Assembly (NCBI GenBank): GCA_012295275.1
Contig: CM022674.1
Span: 12,586,001 to 12,650,000, forward strand
Direction: 5' to 3'
DNA from: Chrysomallon squamiferum
Taxonomy: Eukaryota > Animalia > Mollusca
Length of the DNA: 64,000 bases
The translations under genes were made by a program, and so were the position numbers. How positions within the stretch are numbered: position 1 is the stretch's first letter; each line of letters opens with the position of its first letter. Positions 1 to 53,750 of this stretch are shown here, piece by piece. The notes below the pieces were generated by a model that had not been told where the DNA came from, made no database searches, and saw only the letters and a list, made by a program, of their open reading frames with translations.

Positions 1-122
1 AGAGGAACAAAGGGAAAAGGCAAAAAATGAAAACGGGAATAATGGGCACTGTGAAAAAAAAATGTGGGCTGTGTGTGTGGTCACCATAAAAAATCTTTTA
101 CATTCTACCTTCTCACATACAG

Positions 123-202
123 GAGATCGCAAACCACAACTTGATAAACTAATGATGGAGCAATGGTTGGAATGTGAAATGGCACGGTTTTTTTGCGGAT
201 AG
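123..202 (+). CDS. Candidate terminal coding exon of an upstream plus-strand gene (GDRKPQLDKLMMEQWLECEMARFFCG*), product unknown
   Basis: Pyrimidine-rich acceptor (ttctaccttctcacatacag) ends at 122. A phase-1 frame stays open to TAG at 200-202, and AATAAA motifs follow. No family recognised. Confidence 0.35.
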
Positions 203-274
203 ATTCAGTGACTTGTAGTAACCATTGAAACACAGAGACAGATTCAGTGACTTGTAGTAACCATTGAAACACAG
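201..274. repeat. Local tandem duplication, 39-bp period
   Basis: agattcagtgacttgtagtaaccattgaaacacag occurs at 201 and again at 240. Confidence 0.9.
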
Positions 275-1222
275 CCAAACACCTGTTTTGAAAGAGGACA
301 AGCAAGGACTGTACAATGGAAAATGCACGAATGATTTATCAGTAAAACAGTGGTCATTAAAACGAAGCTGGTATTTATTTTTAATCTACTCAGCTGAAAA
401 ACAAATCTTATAAAAACATCAAAACACCTGGCCCTTATTTTTAATATCTCACACATGATGATAAATAAAAACTGCAGAAAGCACCAAAATATATTGGAAC
501 CAAAATTTCAGGAAAAGAGAATGAGTATTAAAATAAAAAACAATCTCTGAATTTGGTTGGTAGAAATGGTATCTGCATTGAAAGCCCATTCCCTTCATCT
601 CTGAAGATTAAAATAGGTATAATTTCCATGTAGTTTGTTTAATTTCATTTGTATGTGTATTCCAAGTTTAGGAAACGGCATCAACTTTGTAAATGCATAG
701 AAACCTTGTGGGACTTGATGAATGCCACTTTGTGATAAAATAAAAATAACAGAATAAATAAGTTACATCTAATCATTCAAATTTGTTTTTCTTAATTTTT
801 TTCTCTTTTGTTATTATCATTTGTTTTTCTCTCTTTCATTTTTTTTTAAACGAGTTACCTCCATAAAAAATAAAAAATAAAAATCTTTTAAACCAGCTTG
901 AGAAAATTAATTTTTAATTTTACATCACTGTAATTTCTTTGGCATTCGGATGAGACTAGGAGTTTTGCAGGATGTTTTTGTTTGTTGCTTTCTTTGTTCT
1001 TTCTTTGGCACATATTTAAATATTTAAAAAAATAAAATATATAAAAAAATAAAAAAATTTGAATTAAATTTGATAAATTATTAAAATTAAAACCAAACAT
1101 TACACATTTCTAGAACATCATCGTATGACGAAAACAATAAAATGATTGAAAATCTCCATACCATGACAATAAAAATTATTAAAAACTTAATTATTTTATA
1201 ATTTAAAAAAAATATTCAAATT

Positions 1223-10864
<9,642 letters not shown>

Positions 10865-11340
10865 ATTTAAAATGTTATTTTAAGACTGATTGAAAACATA
10901 TTTTAGCACCCTCCGTCACATATTTCCACCTTGAAAATAAGAGAACCAATTCGCATAGCTTTTCATTGATTTTTGTGTACTTTTAAATGCCATTTGAACA
11001 ATCAGTTTAACTATCTGTTAAAAAGGTGTTTCTTTTATATAAAGAAAATGTCTGATAATTAATCATATATGAAATCTTTTTCAAAACCATGTCCTGTCAC
11101 GCTTTTATTAGCAAGTTACATAATGCATAAAAGTACGCTATTTGTAAACTAACGTTTTTGCAAGTTTTAATTCGTTTCCAAATTTAGCTAACTTGTAGTT
11201 TCAAAATTAGATTATACCCTATACACCTAAGCAAAGACATATGCAGCAAAACTACATTTCACAAAAGAACCACAATGCACTCTTCTGAAAAAGTGTTTGT
11301 GACTTTGTGGGTACACAGATCAACAGAAATAATAATAATC

Positions 11341-11385
<45 letters not shown>

Positions 11386-14214
11386 TTAAAGAAAATAAAA
11401 CTGAAATGTAGGAAAAACATTTTTTAAAGTTATTTTTATTTACTTATACATTTTACTCTTGCATTTAACTTGGCGTATTTATAAAATTCAGTAAAATTTT
11501 CACCTGTATTTTCACTTATGTGAACAAGACTAATGTTGCTTTACTGATGGACATATAAAGACAAAGGTAAAGGGATGTCACACATTTTACAGTAAAAAAA
11601 TCACAAGCACTCGTTTTGTCCTAATTTCCTCCCATATTGCTCCCTCATCCAAGTCACACACCACAGACAAACTAGTACAGAGGATCAAACAATATCCAGT
11701 TATAAATAATAAGAGAACTAAAAAATCAAAAACAACAAATTGTAAGACAATGACATTATTTTATTTTCACACATAAAAAAAAAAAAAAAATCAGACTACT
11801 AAAAGCAGTCCAATGCGCAGCACAAGAGATTTACATCACACATTTATTTACAGACTATTATTAAAACAACACTTCTTTACTCTAGAGGGAACATCCAACC
11901 AATCAGATCAACCTTTCTGGTTTCCTTGACAACTATTAATGTCTGCAGACGTTTTCCAAATAACAATCTCTGATAATAATAACATTAGAAATAATAAAAT
12001 AAAAATAAAATAATACTAATAATAACAATAATAAATAAAATAAAATATATATGTATTTTTTTATTTTTGTACAGGAAGCTGAAGACTTTCCAGTTTTTAT
12101 TTTTAAAATCCGAACATGATACTTCAAAAGTAGATGTAGATTTTGTAAGTTAAATCTAGCTTAAAACAAAATTCATTCTGCGTAACACTATCTGAATTCT
12201 TTTGTCTTTTTTCTTTCTAAAATGATATTTTCCATAATCTATGGACAAAACATTTAAAAAGAAATGCACAAACTTGCATCATGATTAAAGCTATATGAGT
12301 ATTTACATTGTAATAAAAAATGAAAAACATTACAAAATGGTAAATTTTAACTCCCCCCATGCATTAAACAGAAAGAAATAAAAAGAAGAAAATAAATTGT
12401 TTATGGGAATGTTATAAAGAACAGCAGAGAAAAAAGAAGAAAAAAAAAAAATTATATTATTTATATATGAACAAATCAACAACTTTTTGTTTGAGAAAAT
12501 ACAGTTAAATGTATTTCAGAAGTTAAGCCTTAATTTTGTTATTGTTTTTTTTTTTAAAATAATCTCAAATTTCCATTTTTAAGTAATCCTCAAGATTACT
12601 GGCTGAAGTAAAGTTTAATGTCTTTTGCCTTAATTAAACTGGATAAGAATTTTGTTAAATGTGCTTATTCCATTTTCGTATTTTTCTTCATTAATTAATG
12701 TCCTTAAAAGTATTGATTACCTATTATTTGTGCAGGATATTTACATTATTCTTTTTAACAGAATGTATATGTGGAGACTAAATGACATAATATCTCATGC
12801 AGGCAACTAATATTAATGCTGATATTTATATTAGATAACTGCCTCACTGGTTTAGATGGGCAAAAATGTCACAGAATAGTAACAACAACAGTAGTAATAA
12901 TAAATAAATAAATAAATAAATAACAATAAAAAAAAAAAGTACCAAAAAATAAAACCACTATATACTAAAAATATTTTCAGCCTAACAGTAACAAATACCA
13001 TTTATATACAATCATGTTTTATATTATCAGACTTTCTATACTTTATTATTATTATTTTTTTATTTTTTTGGTCAGGAAGAAAAAAAAATATTTTTAATAA
13101 AACATATATCCCAAAACTAAACAGAACTTTATCAAAAGCAGTTCTCTAAACTAACAACTTTAGTTTTTTTTCAACATTTTAATAGTGACAAACAACTTTC
13201 TAAAAGGGTTGAATGCACAAAGTGTGTTTTGGTGTTGTATATAATTACATATATTAAAAAAACAACTTGTAAACTTGAAGAGTTTACCTTTTATAAACAA
13301 ATAAACACTGATTATACATACAGTGTATGTAAACAAAACATACTGGGAACATTCCAAAACCAGCATTTTAATTGTACCCATTCAAAAAATGAAAAATAAA
13401 AATCTATTAACCCATTCACCTGTGTAGATATAACAGTAATGTGTTGTCAACATTGTGAAGCTTTTAAAGCGTATCGCAGTATATTGTTTAATCAACCATA
13501 ACAAAAATAATTCTCATTAAATCATTCTATTTTATCATATTATTTATACTTTCTATAATATTATCTATTTTATCATCAAATGATAAAAATTTACAATGTA
13601 GCACTTCAAGTCACTTTTGAAAACATGTTTAAGATTTCTTTAGCTTGAGCGTGACCAATATTTATTATTATATCCAACTTTGTAGTTTGTTTTTAAGGAA
13701 AGGAAACAAGTAAATAAATATAAAAATAATAATAATAAAAAAAATATCAAGTGTACCATAGTTTGGATGTTATGTTTATTTGGTTAAATTAATTTTTTTT
13801 ATCATTACTTGTGTGAACCAAACCAATCATAATAAATAAAACTTCGTAAGAATCTTGGTTTTTTAAATTATTATTATTTATTTTCTTCTTCTTCTTCTGT
13901 ATATTTTTTTGTATTGTTTATAGAGCTTTAGAGGTCACAGTGATGTATTTGAATGATTAACTTTTTGTTTTTTTTTTTATTTCAAATTCCAATCTAAGCT
14001 CCAGATATCAATTTTCAAAAACAGTGTAAATTAATACACGTAAAACATAAATATGGAATTTTTATTATTTTCTTATTTATTTATTTTTCTAAGAAAAAGA
14101 AATGGCAGAGAAGATGAAAGTTGTATGAAAATAAAAAATATTAAAATTACTGACTACAGAACAGACATATAATGTTTATAATTTTGTTTTTCTGACAGTG
14201 ATGATGTGAGTAAA

Positions 14215-46267
<32,053 letters not shown>

Positions 46268-46371
46268 AGTTGGTAAGTGAATGGTTCAGTTTATGTAAAA
46301 TATAACAATTTGTGTTTTTCTGTTATTGAAGTATGATCAATAGAAAGAAAACAGGTGCTAAGGGTTTAGTA

Positions 46372-46487
46372 ACTTCCTGACCCCTCTGCAGATAAGGCGC
46401 AAAGGGTGATGTGATCATGCGCAGTGTGACGTCAATGATCGCTCTTACATCCCATAATAGTTTCATTTTTACATCCCATAATAGTTT
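46372..46487 (-). promoter_or_regulatory. CHD proximal promoter
   Basis: ETS acttcctg at 46372, NRF1-like catgcgca at 46416, perfect CRE tgacgtca at 46427, and two copies of ZNF143/Staf-like ttacatcccataatagttt (46445, 46469). All lie 100-220 bp upstream of the ATG. Confidence 0.65.
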
Positions 46488-46734
46488 TACTTCTTTGTAT
46501 TCAGTATTTAAAATTTCGTTTAATTTTCAAAAAGTATATATTAATTAATTAGCTTTATCTATTGATTATTTGCAATCAATCATTATTTTTGGTAATTTGA
46601 CATTAATTACATGTGTAACAATATAATATGCATTATAATCATTTAAATATATTAGCATTATTTATATCGTTTTATTTTTTTTATTATTATAATTTTTGTT
46701 ATTTATTTATTTATTTTGTTTGTTTGTTTGTTTG

Positions 46735-46779
<45 letters not shown>

Positions 46780-47946
46780 CTTCCCACATACTGTTTCATT
46801 TTTGGCGACGATTTGTTTGTTTTTTTGGTGTTGTTTTTTTTTTTCTTTTTTTTTTCTTTGCAAATACATGATGTATCGCATAAGTAAGATAAAGCGAAAC
46901 AAAAAATGACAACATTATTAACATCAAATTGTACACACTAAGGCATATGTTACTATCTGGACAAAAGGCATATCAAAAATTATATTTATCTTTTTAACTA
47001 AGATAGTTTAACAACTTGAATAATCTCTTTATTTGTCACAAAATTAATAAAAAAAAAAAAAATTATTTATTAGATATGAAGAAAACATATATAATTTATA
47101 TATTAATGTTTTAGAGATAATCGGATCTATCTTTGTTCTCGTCTTTGTCTTTGTCGTTGTCGATGTTCTCATCCTCAATGGAATTATCTCGCACACGTTC
47201 TCAAAATTAATATTCGCAGACACAGTTATTTGTACCATTGTCTGTATGCTACTTTGATGCTAACAATTTAAAAAAATATATTTTTGAAAAACATTATTTC
47301 TTTTTAACACATACATACAAACCTACCTACCTACCTACATGTATAAATACTCAGACGTACGTATATACTTACAAAGTCAGACACACCTAAATATATTCAT
47401 ACATACCTACAGACACAGATACAGAAACACACACATACTTGTCTTTATATTCACGTATATATATACAAAAATATGTCACACACAAACATACGTATATATA
47501 TATATAGACTTTGTCTGTGCGTGTGTACGTTTGTATAGGTTTGTTTCTCTTTAGCTCTTTCTTTCCTGGGATTCACAAAACTCAAAGCCTTATCCGACAA
47601 CAATACTTTGCAAACTATTCGTTCTAGTGACCACAGATTTAAATGGCTGGTCCATGTTAGTCGTACTTGAAGCTTCCAGGAAAGATGTAATTAAGTTTAT
47701 CACGGAAATTGTAGCTTGTAAACCTTTATCTGATTATCCAAAGGTAAGGTTTGAATGGTAAGCAGGCTTATCTCTGTGCTTATGCTGAAACTCGAAATAG
47801 ATTAGCGATTTTTCTTGAATTACGAAATATCGATGCATTATTTCACTAGCCCCAGAGGCGCATTTCAAACAGGAGAAGTCAGACTGGAAATTATGCAGTT
47901 TATTGAATAAATAATTCATTTGTATTCATGCATTTTTATTTCATTG

Positions 47947-48098
47947 TAAATTATTTGTTTAGTTATTGTATATTTTTAGCAGCAGCTTTATGGAGCAGTT
48001 TTAAGTGATCATTTTCTAACAAAATGATTCTTTATTCATTATATAAAACTGTTCCATAAAACTGATGCTAAAATTACTAATAAACAAACAAATTATTT
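47947..48098. repeat. Imperfect fold-back (inverted) repeat
   Basis: ttttagcagcagctttatggagcagtttta pairs with taaaactgttccataaaactgatgctaaaa (3 mismatches in 30), with weaker outward extension. Confidence 0.75.
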
Positions 48099-49702
48099 CA
48101 TCTTTTCAGGTCTCTCGAATTTAGATTAACATTTAAAATATAAATTATCGAAATAAGTAGCGAATAGAAATTGATTATTATTATGAATTATTATTTTTCT
48201 CTATTTATTTATTTATTTATTTTTATTTTTATTTTTTTTTTTTCTTATTTTGCCACATAACTATTTTCACTGATCTGAAACTAATTTAATTTTTAAATAA
48301 ATACACTAAAAAAAAACGAAGTATATTTATTTTATTGAAATACATATCTGAACTTTGATGCGTTTGAAAATTAATGACAAGGAAAAAGTAAATTTTTCAT
48401 TGTGAAAAATATTCAGACAGATCGAAAATTAATGCGGTGACTCTACAGTTTGTATGCAGAAAAAAAAAGCTATAACAACAATCAATAATGACATAAAATT
48501 ATCGGAGGATTTGAGTAAATATTTGCGAAGTTGGATGCGTTGTTTCTTTAAAGATACATTTTGCATATGAGTAAAAATAAAAATGCTTTGAAGATACATT
48601 TAATATATACGGTTTAAAAACAGGCTGATACATGAATAAAATCATTGTAACTGTAAAAGACTTAATTTAAAAAATAATAATATAATGAAATGATCATAGA
48701 AGCTTATTTCTTCTTTCCCTTATTATTGTTGTCATTGTTGTTTTTGGTATTGTTGCTCTTGCTGTTGTTGTTATTACTGCTGCTGTTGGTGTTGTCATTG
48801 TTATTTTGATTACATTTGTATGGATGACTAGGGGCTGGAAGAGATTGTAAGCAAACCTCAAAATTTCCGTTCTACTCACAGGCGAGCACAGTATACAATT
48901 AGTTCTGGATAATAAGAGTCTTAAAAAGATAAACCAGTTTTAGGTAATTTGTACAATAAGCTGTGTTTATATTTTAGAGCTGTACTGTAAAAAAATAAAA
49001 TAAATTAATAAATAAATAAATAATAATAATAATAATAAAACAATAAAAACTGAATGAATGAATAAATAAATATGAAAAAAGTTTTAATGGAACTGTGATG
49101 GATAAGAGGTGTATTATTTTTACAAGGAACTGGGGAACTGGAGTTCAGTAAATATTTATCTTTAAATTCGGAAATTAGATTTATAAAACAAAAAATTAAA
49201 AATTGATCCACTTTTAATAAAATAACGCCTGAAAGAAATACTTTTGAGAGACTAAGTGGAAAAAAATCTACAGACGGCTTTGTTACATTTTATTGTTAGC
49301 GCCAAAACTTTATGAGAAAGTTCAAATTCGTAGGCGTCTATTTTTGAACCTTTCATGTTTTATGGCGATTGGCGACAAGATACCTGGTCATTAAGTTAAC
49401 CTAGTTTAATCTTAGATTTAAACAGTAAAGTTTCAATTAATATGACAATGATAACGATTACAGTTGTTGTTATTATTACAATGTGGTCTGTTATAACGAA
49501 CGGTTTCTGTAAACAATATTTACATAACGAAATATTTTTTTCTGAAAAACTGAAATTGCTCAAACATAATTCTGTAACGTGCAACGTACATAGTGAATAA
49601 ATGTTTGGATGGCGGGCCTGTTTGTGGTGCCTCTAGAATCGTGATATAAAATAATCCTTGCCTGTGGTCGAATAAGAACAGCGGATTTAGTTTAGTATAC
49701 AC

Positions 49703-49907
49703 CAGTGGTGCCCAATACGCCGATCGCATAGATAGTGTGGGTATATCGCATGACACTAAAAAATAGCCCATCATACATCATATATTGTAAATATAAGGTA
49801 TACTTAGTATAAATAAATAAATGTTTTGCTTTTTTATTCTAGGTAGATCATTTTGCCTTGGTCATTTAAAAAGTAGCCCGCAAGCCAAAAAAGTGTGGGC
49901 ACCCCTG
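49703..49907. mobile_element. Non-autonomous hAT (Buster/Charlie-like) MITE, 205 bp
   Basis: TIRs cagtggtgccca / tgggcacccctg. The 8-bp TSD is gtatacac / gtatacat with a central TA. Confidence 0.85.
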
Positions 49908-50687
49908 GTATACATAAGAGTATACATAAATCTGTGCTGATGTGTATTTACGACCGAACAAGAAAATGGCGCCCCATTTGCAAACGATAATTTACATATG
50001 TTAATGTTTTCACTTATAGATCCAGTGGCATTTTATTCAGTGTTAGCATACGCCTTTTTTTCTTCTTTTTTCGGGTTTTTATTCGTGTTTATATATTCAT
50101 TTATTGTATTTTTTATATTGTTATTTATTATTATTAAAAATATATTATTAATTTTTACACACACACACACAAAAATAATAATAAAAAACAAATAATAATA
50201 AAAAAACAAATTGAAAAGTAATAATTACTTTCATGTGACACCCCCCCCGTCAAAAGTCTACGTGTACCCTCGTCACCCAATCACGACTTGACAAGGATAC
50301 AAATTGCCTGAGTGTGCTGCGTTAAACAATACAAATAATTGTAATAAAATTAAACGTTATATTTGTATAAATATATCAGAATTAATTAAGCAACCATTTA
50401 GATACTTTGTTTTCCATTTTTAGGCGATTTTTCCTATGCTCAATATAATAGTTAATACTGGTAACGATATGTCAGAAATAGTCTCGTATCACTATCATAT
50501 AAAGCATGTATTTATAGAGATCGGACGTTTCCACAGATATTCATTCATTTCAGGAAACCTGATTTTAAAAAAAAGAAAAAAGAAGAAGTAATAATAATAA
50601 AATAAAACAATATAAAATAAAAATAAGAAATAGTAATTCAAAATTAATTAAACCCGTCGTAACATGGCTGGAGTGTAGAGGTTTCTG

Positions 50688-50692
50688 ATTGG
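50688..50692 (+). promoter_or_regulatory. Inverted CCAAT box upstream of the RRM-TatD gene
   Basis: ctgattggtc about 100 bp upstream of the first ATG, in a CpG-richer patch. Confidence 0.45.
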
Positions 50693-50787
50693 TCACTTAA
50701 CGTCTGTGCCACTTTGTCTTGGGAGATAACTCTTTTGCAGGCGTAAACAAAAATGTAAAACCGCGGTAAGAAGAAGAGAGAAAAAAG

Positions 50788-50865
50788 ATGAAAGCTGTAT
50801 TAGCACAAGTATCGCGATTTTTCCAAATCTACCAAGTTTTCAGATTAACCACTAATCAAAAATGA
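50788..50865 (+). other. 25-codon upstream ORF whose stop overlaps the main start (ATGA)
   Basis: MKAVLAQVSRFFQIYQVFRLTTNQK*. TGA at 50863-50865 overlaps ATG at 50862-50864. Confidence 0.6.
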
Positions 50866-52707
50866 CAAATCCAGAAACCTGTTTTTCATTGTCAACTGTG
50901 AAGCAAGTTATAATAGGTAACTGTTTTTATGTATCTAAGCAGCCAAAAGTCAAACTGACTGACAGTGAATTCAGTGACAAAAAGAATCATTAATTTTTAA
51001 TGCAAATTACATTCTAAGGGAAGAATACTGCACATATACAATAACATATTGAAACAAATCGTGCAAATAACATTACTTACTAATTAAATAATTAAAATTA
51101 TAAGAGGAAATGTAGATACTGATTAAAAAAACCAAAAACAAATGAGGAATAATCAGACGTAAAAAACATATTTAAACAATATAGCTCGTAATTTATGTTA
51201 TTTGTTAATGTATAGAACTAAAAAATAACGAGTGAAGTTCTTTTTAGATAAGTGCCAGTTATTTTTGATTTGTATGAGGTGCCAATAATGGGTCACTGAC
51301 ATCACCACAAAACAGATTAGACCAATGTTTTACAAATTATTTTCAGACAATGCATTTATTTTTTTATGATTTAGTATTAAAACCCATTTTCTTTTGCACA
51401 CTATTTTTGCAGGCTTTGATATCATTAAATATTTTCTGTTAATTTTATATCATCTTTGAAGTTTTCTATCCCATTCTTAAATTCTTTGTGGCAGAAGCTG
51501 TGTCTAAGTCAGTCTGTCTATGGATAACTGAAAACTGGATTCATCTCTTTTATTCCGAGATACTTTTTTTTTAAAGTACAGATAGCTGGTTTTGATCAGT
51601 ATGTCTATTTATTTTAATGCAAAAAGAAATATTTTGTTTTTTTGAAACAGCTTTAACTTGTAAACAGATCAATAATTTAAATTAATCCATACTAGGGCTG
51701 TACTAAACAAGGTCTGACCGTTCAGGTATTTTGGTCCCCCTCCAGAGTTATAAAGTGTCTTAATAAATATGTTGCCCTAACATAGATATTATAAAAATAT
51801 ATTGTTATATCCTTTTCGTCCATCATTTTTAGTGTCATTTTAAAAATTTATATAGTTTAGTTACATTATTTTCATATATTTTTTCACTATTTTTTTCAGT
51901 GTGCACTTTGTTGTTAAGATTAGAACTTGTTATCTATCCTTTATAATTTAGAAGAAATTTAGTTATGTTATTTACAGATTTATTTTGAAAAGGTCTTATA
52001 TTTATTTTTGTTATTATTATTTTTTTTTTTTCAGGTAATATTCGTAAAGACACAAGTATACAGGATTTAAAGGAATGCTTTGGTCAGTTGATTAAAAAAG
52101 GTGATGTCACATTTAAAATCGCTGTGGATAAAAAAGGCAAGCAAAAAGGCTTTGCTGCAGCCTCTGTGCCCATTACATTGGTGGAAGATTTTCTAAGCTA
52201 CAATGGAAGGTAAGTTTTGACCCACAAAAACACATTAAAGTATTGACATGTATGCTCACACACACACACACACACACACACGCACAAACATGCTTTATAC
52301 ATTCTTTGATAAATGGAAACAATTTGTCAAAACACTTCATTTATTTTTAACCACTGTTAGTGGCTACTTTTATAATTTTTGAGTTTTGAGTTATTTTACA
52401 TAATCAACCCAGATTCATTACCATGCTATAATGTTAAATACACCTAAAAACAACAGCATGGACATCTACCACCACTTAGTAGATATTAGGGACAATTATT
52501 GCATTTTTTAAACTTCCATTTAATGCTTTTTGAATGGTATTGCAATTTTTGATTCTTTCTTTCATTTCAGTTTTCAATTTTTCTTTTTCAGTTTCCATTG
52601 AATTTTATATTTCTATAAACATAAAATATTGCAAATATAAAAAGTATGTGTTTTAAAAACAAATGTTTAGTTTATAAAATCATATTGGAAATTATATATG
52701 TTTAAGA

Positions 52708-52762
<55 letters not shown>

Positions 52763-53713
52763 CTAATAATAAATAAAATAAGAATGCATTAACTAAAATT
52801 ACCACGAGCTTTTCTTTCAGTAAAACAAAACAATTTGCTTTCATTATTTATTAAATTCATTATGTTAAAATTACTATTGCATAAATAAAAGCTTATTAAA
52901 AGTTCAATATTTAGCAGTTCAACTGAAATATATTTTATTTGATGAGAAAATGTTTTTCAAAGAACTGTTACAGAAATAAAGAATGTATTGTAGATAGGAG
53001 GCTGTTTGTTAACAGCTGTGGCAAAATATATTTTTATTTTTATTTATTATGACATCTGTATTGTTCCAGAATATATCTGTGACAGGTCTGGATAATTATT
53101 TATTTCCATGTGCATTTTATACATAACAAAAAAATAAATCTAATTATTTGTTTTGAAATGTCAGTTTAAACCAGACATTTAACCATCAGTTTAATGTAAA
53201 AAAAATCTTTGAACCTAAGTCTTTGAATCTATATAAATCACTGTAGTAAATCAAATCTTACTGGTTCATGTTCTAATTACTGTTATTTAAGAAACATGAA
53301 AGGGCACAGAATCACAGTTGTTCAGAGTGATGGCTTCAAGATTCCCAAGTCAACAAGATGGCAGCAGGAGGAGACGGGAGTTTTCAAGTCAGCCCCGGTG
53401 CAGAACAATTCACTGCCCACCGCACCCTTTCTTTATGATCTTTTTGATGCTGGTGTCTATCTGACACACCCAAAATTTTCCAAGAACGTCCACATGGTCA
53501 TAGAACGAGCACTCAGCTGTGGTATTCAGATATTTTATAACATTTTTATTTGAAATATGTATTTATAAAAGAATGTTTTGAAATACTAGATATTTGTTAT
53601 TTAATTTTGATTTGTTCACATGAAGCCTGATATTGAGAAATGAGTGACAAATAATACATAATGTGAAAATATATAATTTTATGATTTTTTTAAATTTTTT
53701 TTTTTTTTTTTTT

Positions 53714-53750
<37 letters not shown>

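Noticed and set aside
10910-11105. GTCAC half-sites as CLEAR/TFEB elements for the lysosomal transporter
   Set aside because: No full TCACGTG or TCACATG site; short matches are expected by chance.
47044-47919. Minus-strand ORFs as upstream CHD exons or a pseudogene
   Set aside because: No recognisable homology, interrupted by stops, and upstream of the apparent CHD promoter.
51808-51816. ATATCCTTT, a U12 AT-AC donor-like motif
   Set aside because: Lies inside a normal GT-AG intron with no adjacent exon or matching branch site and AC end.
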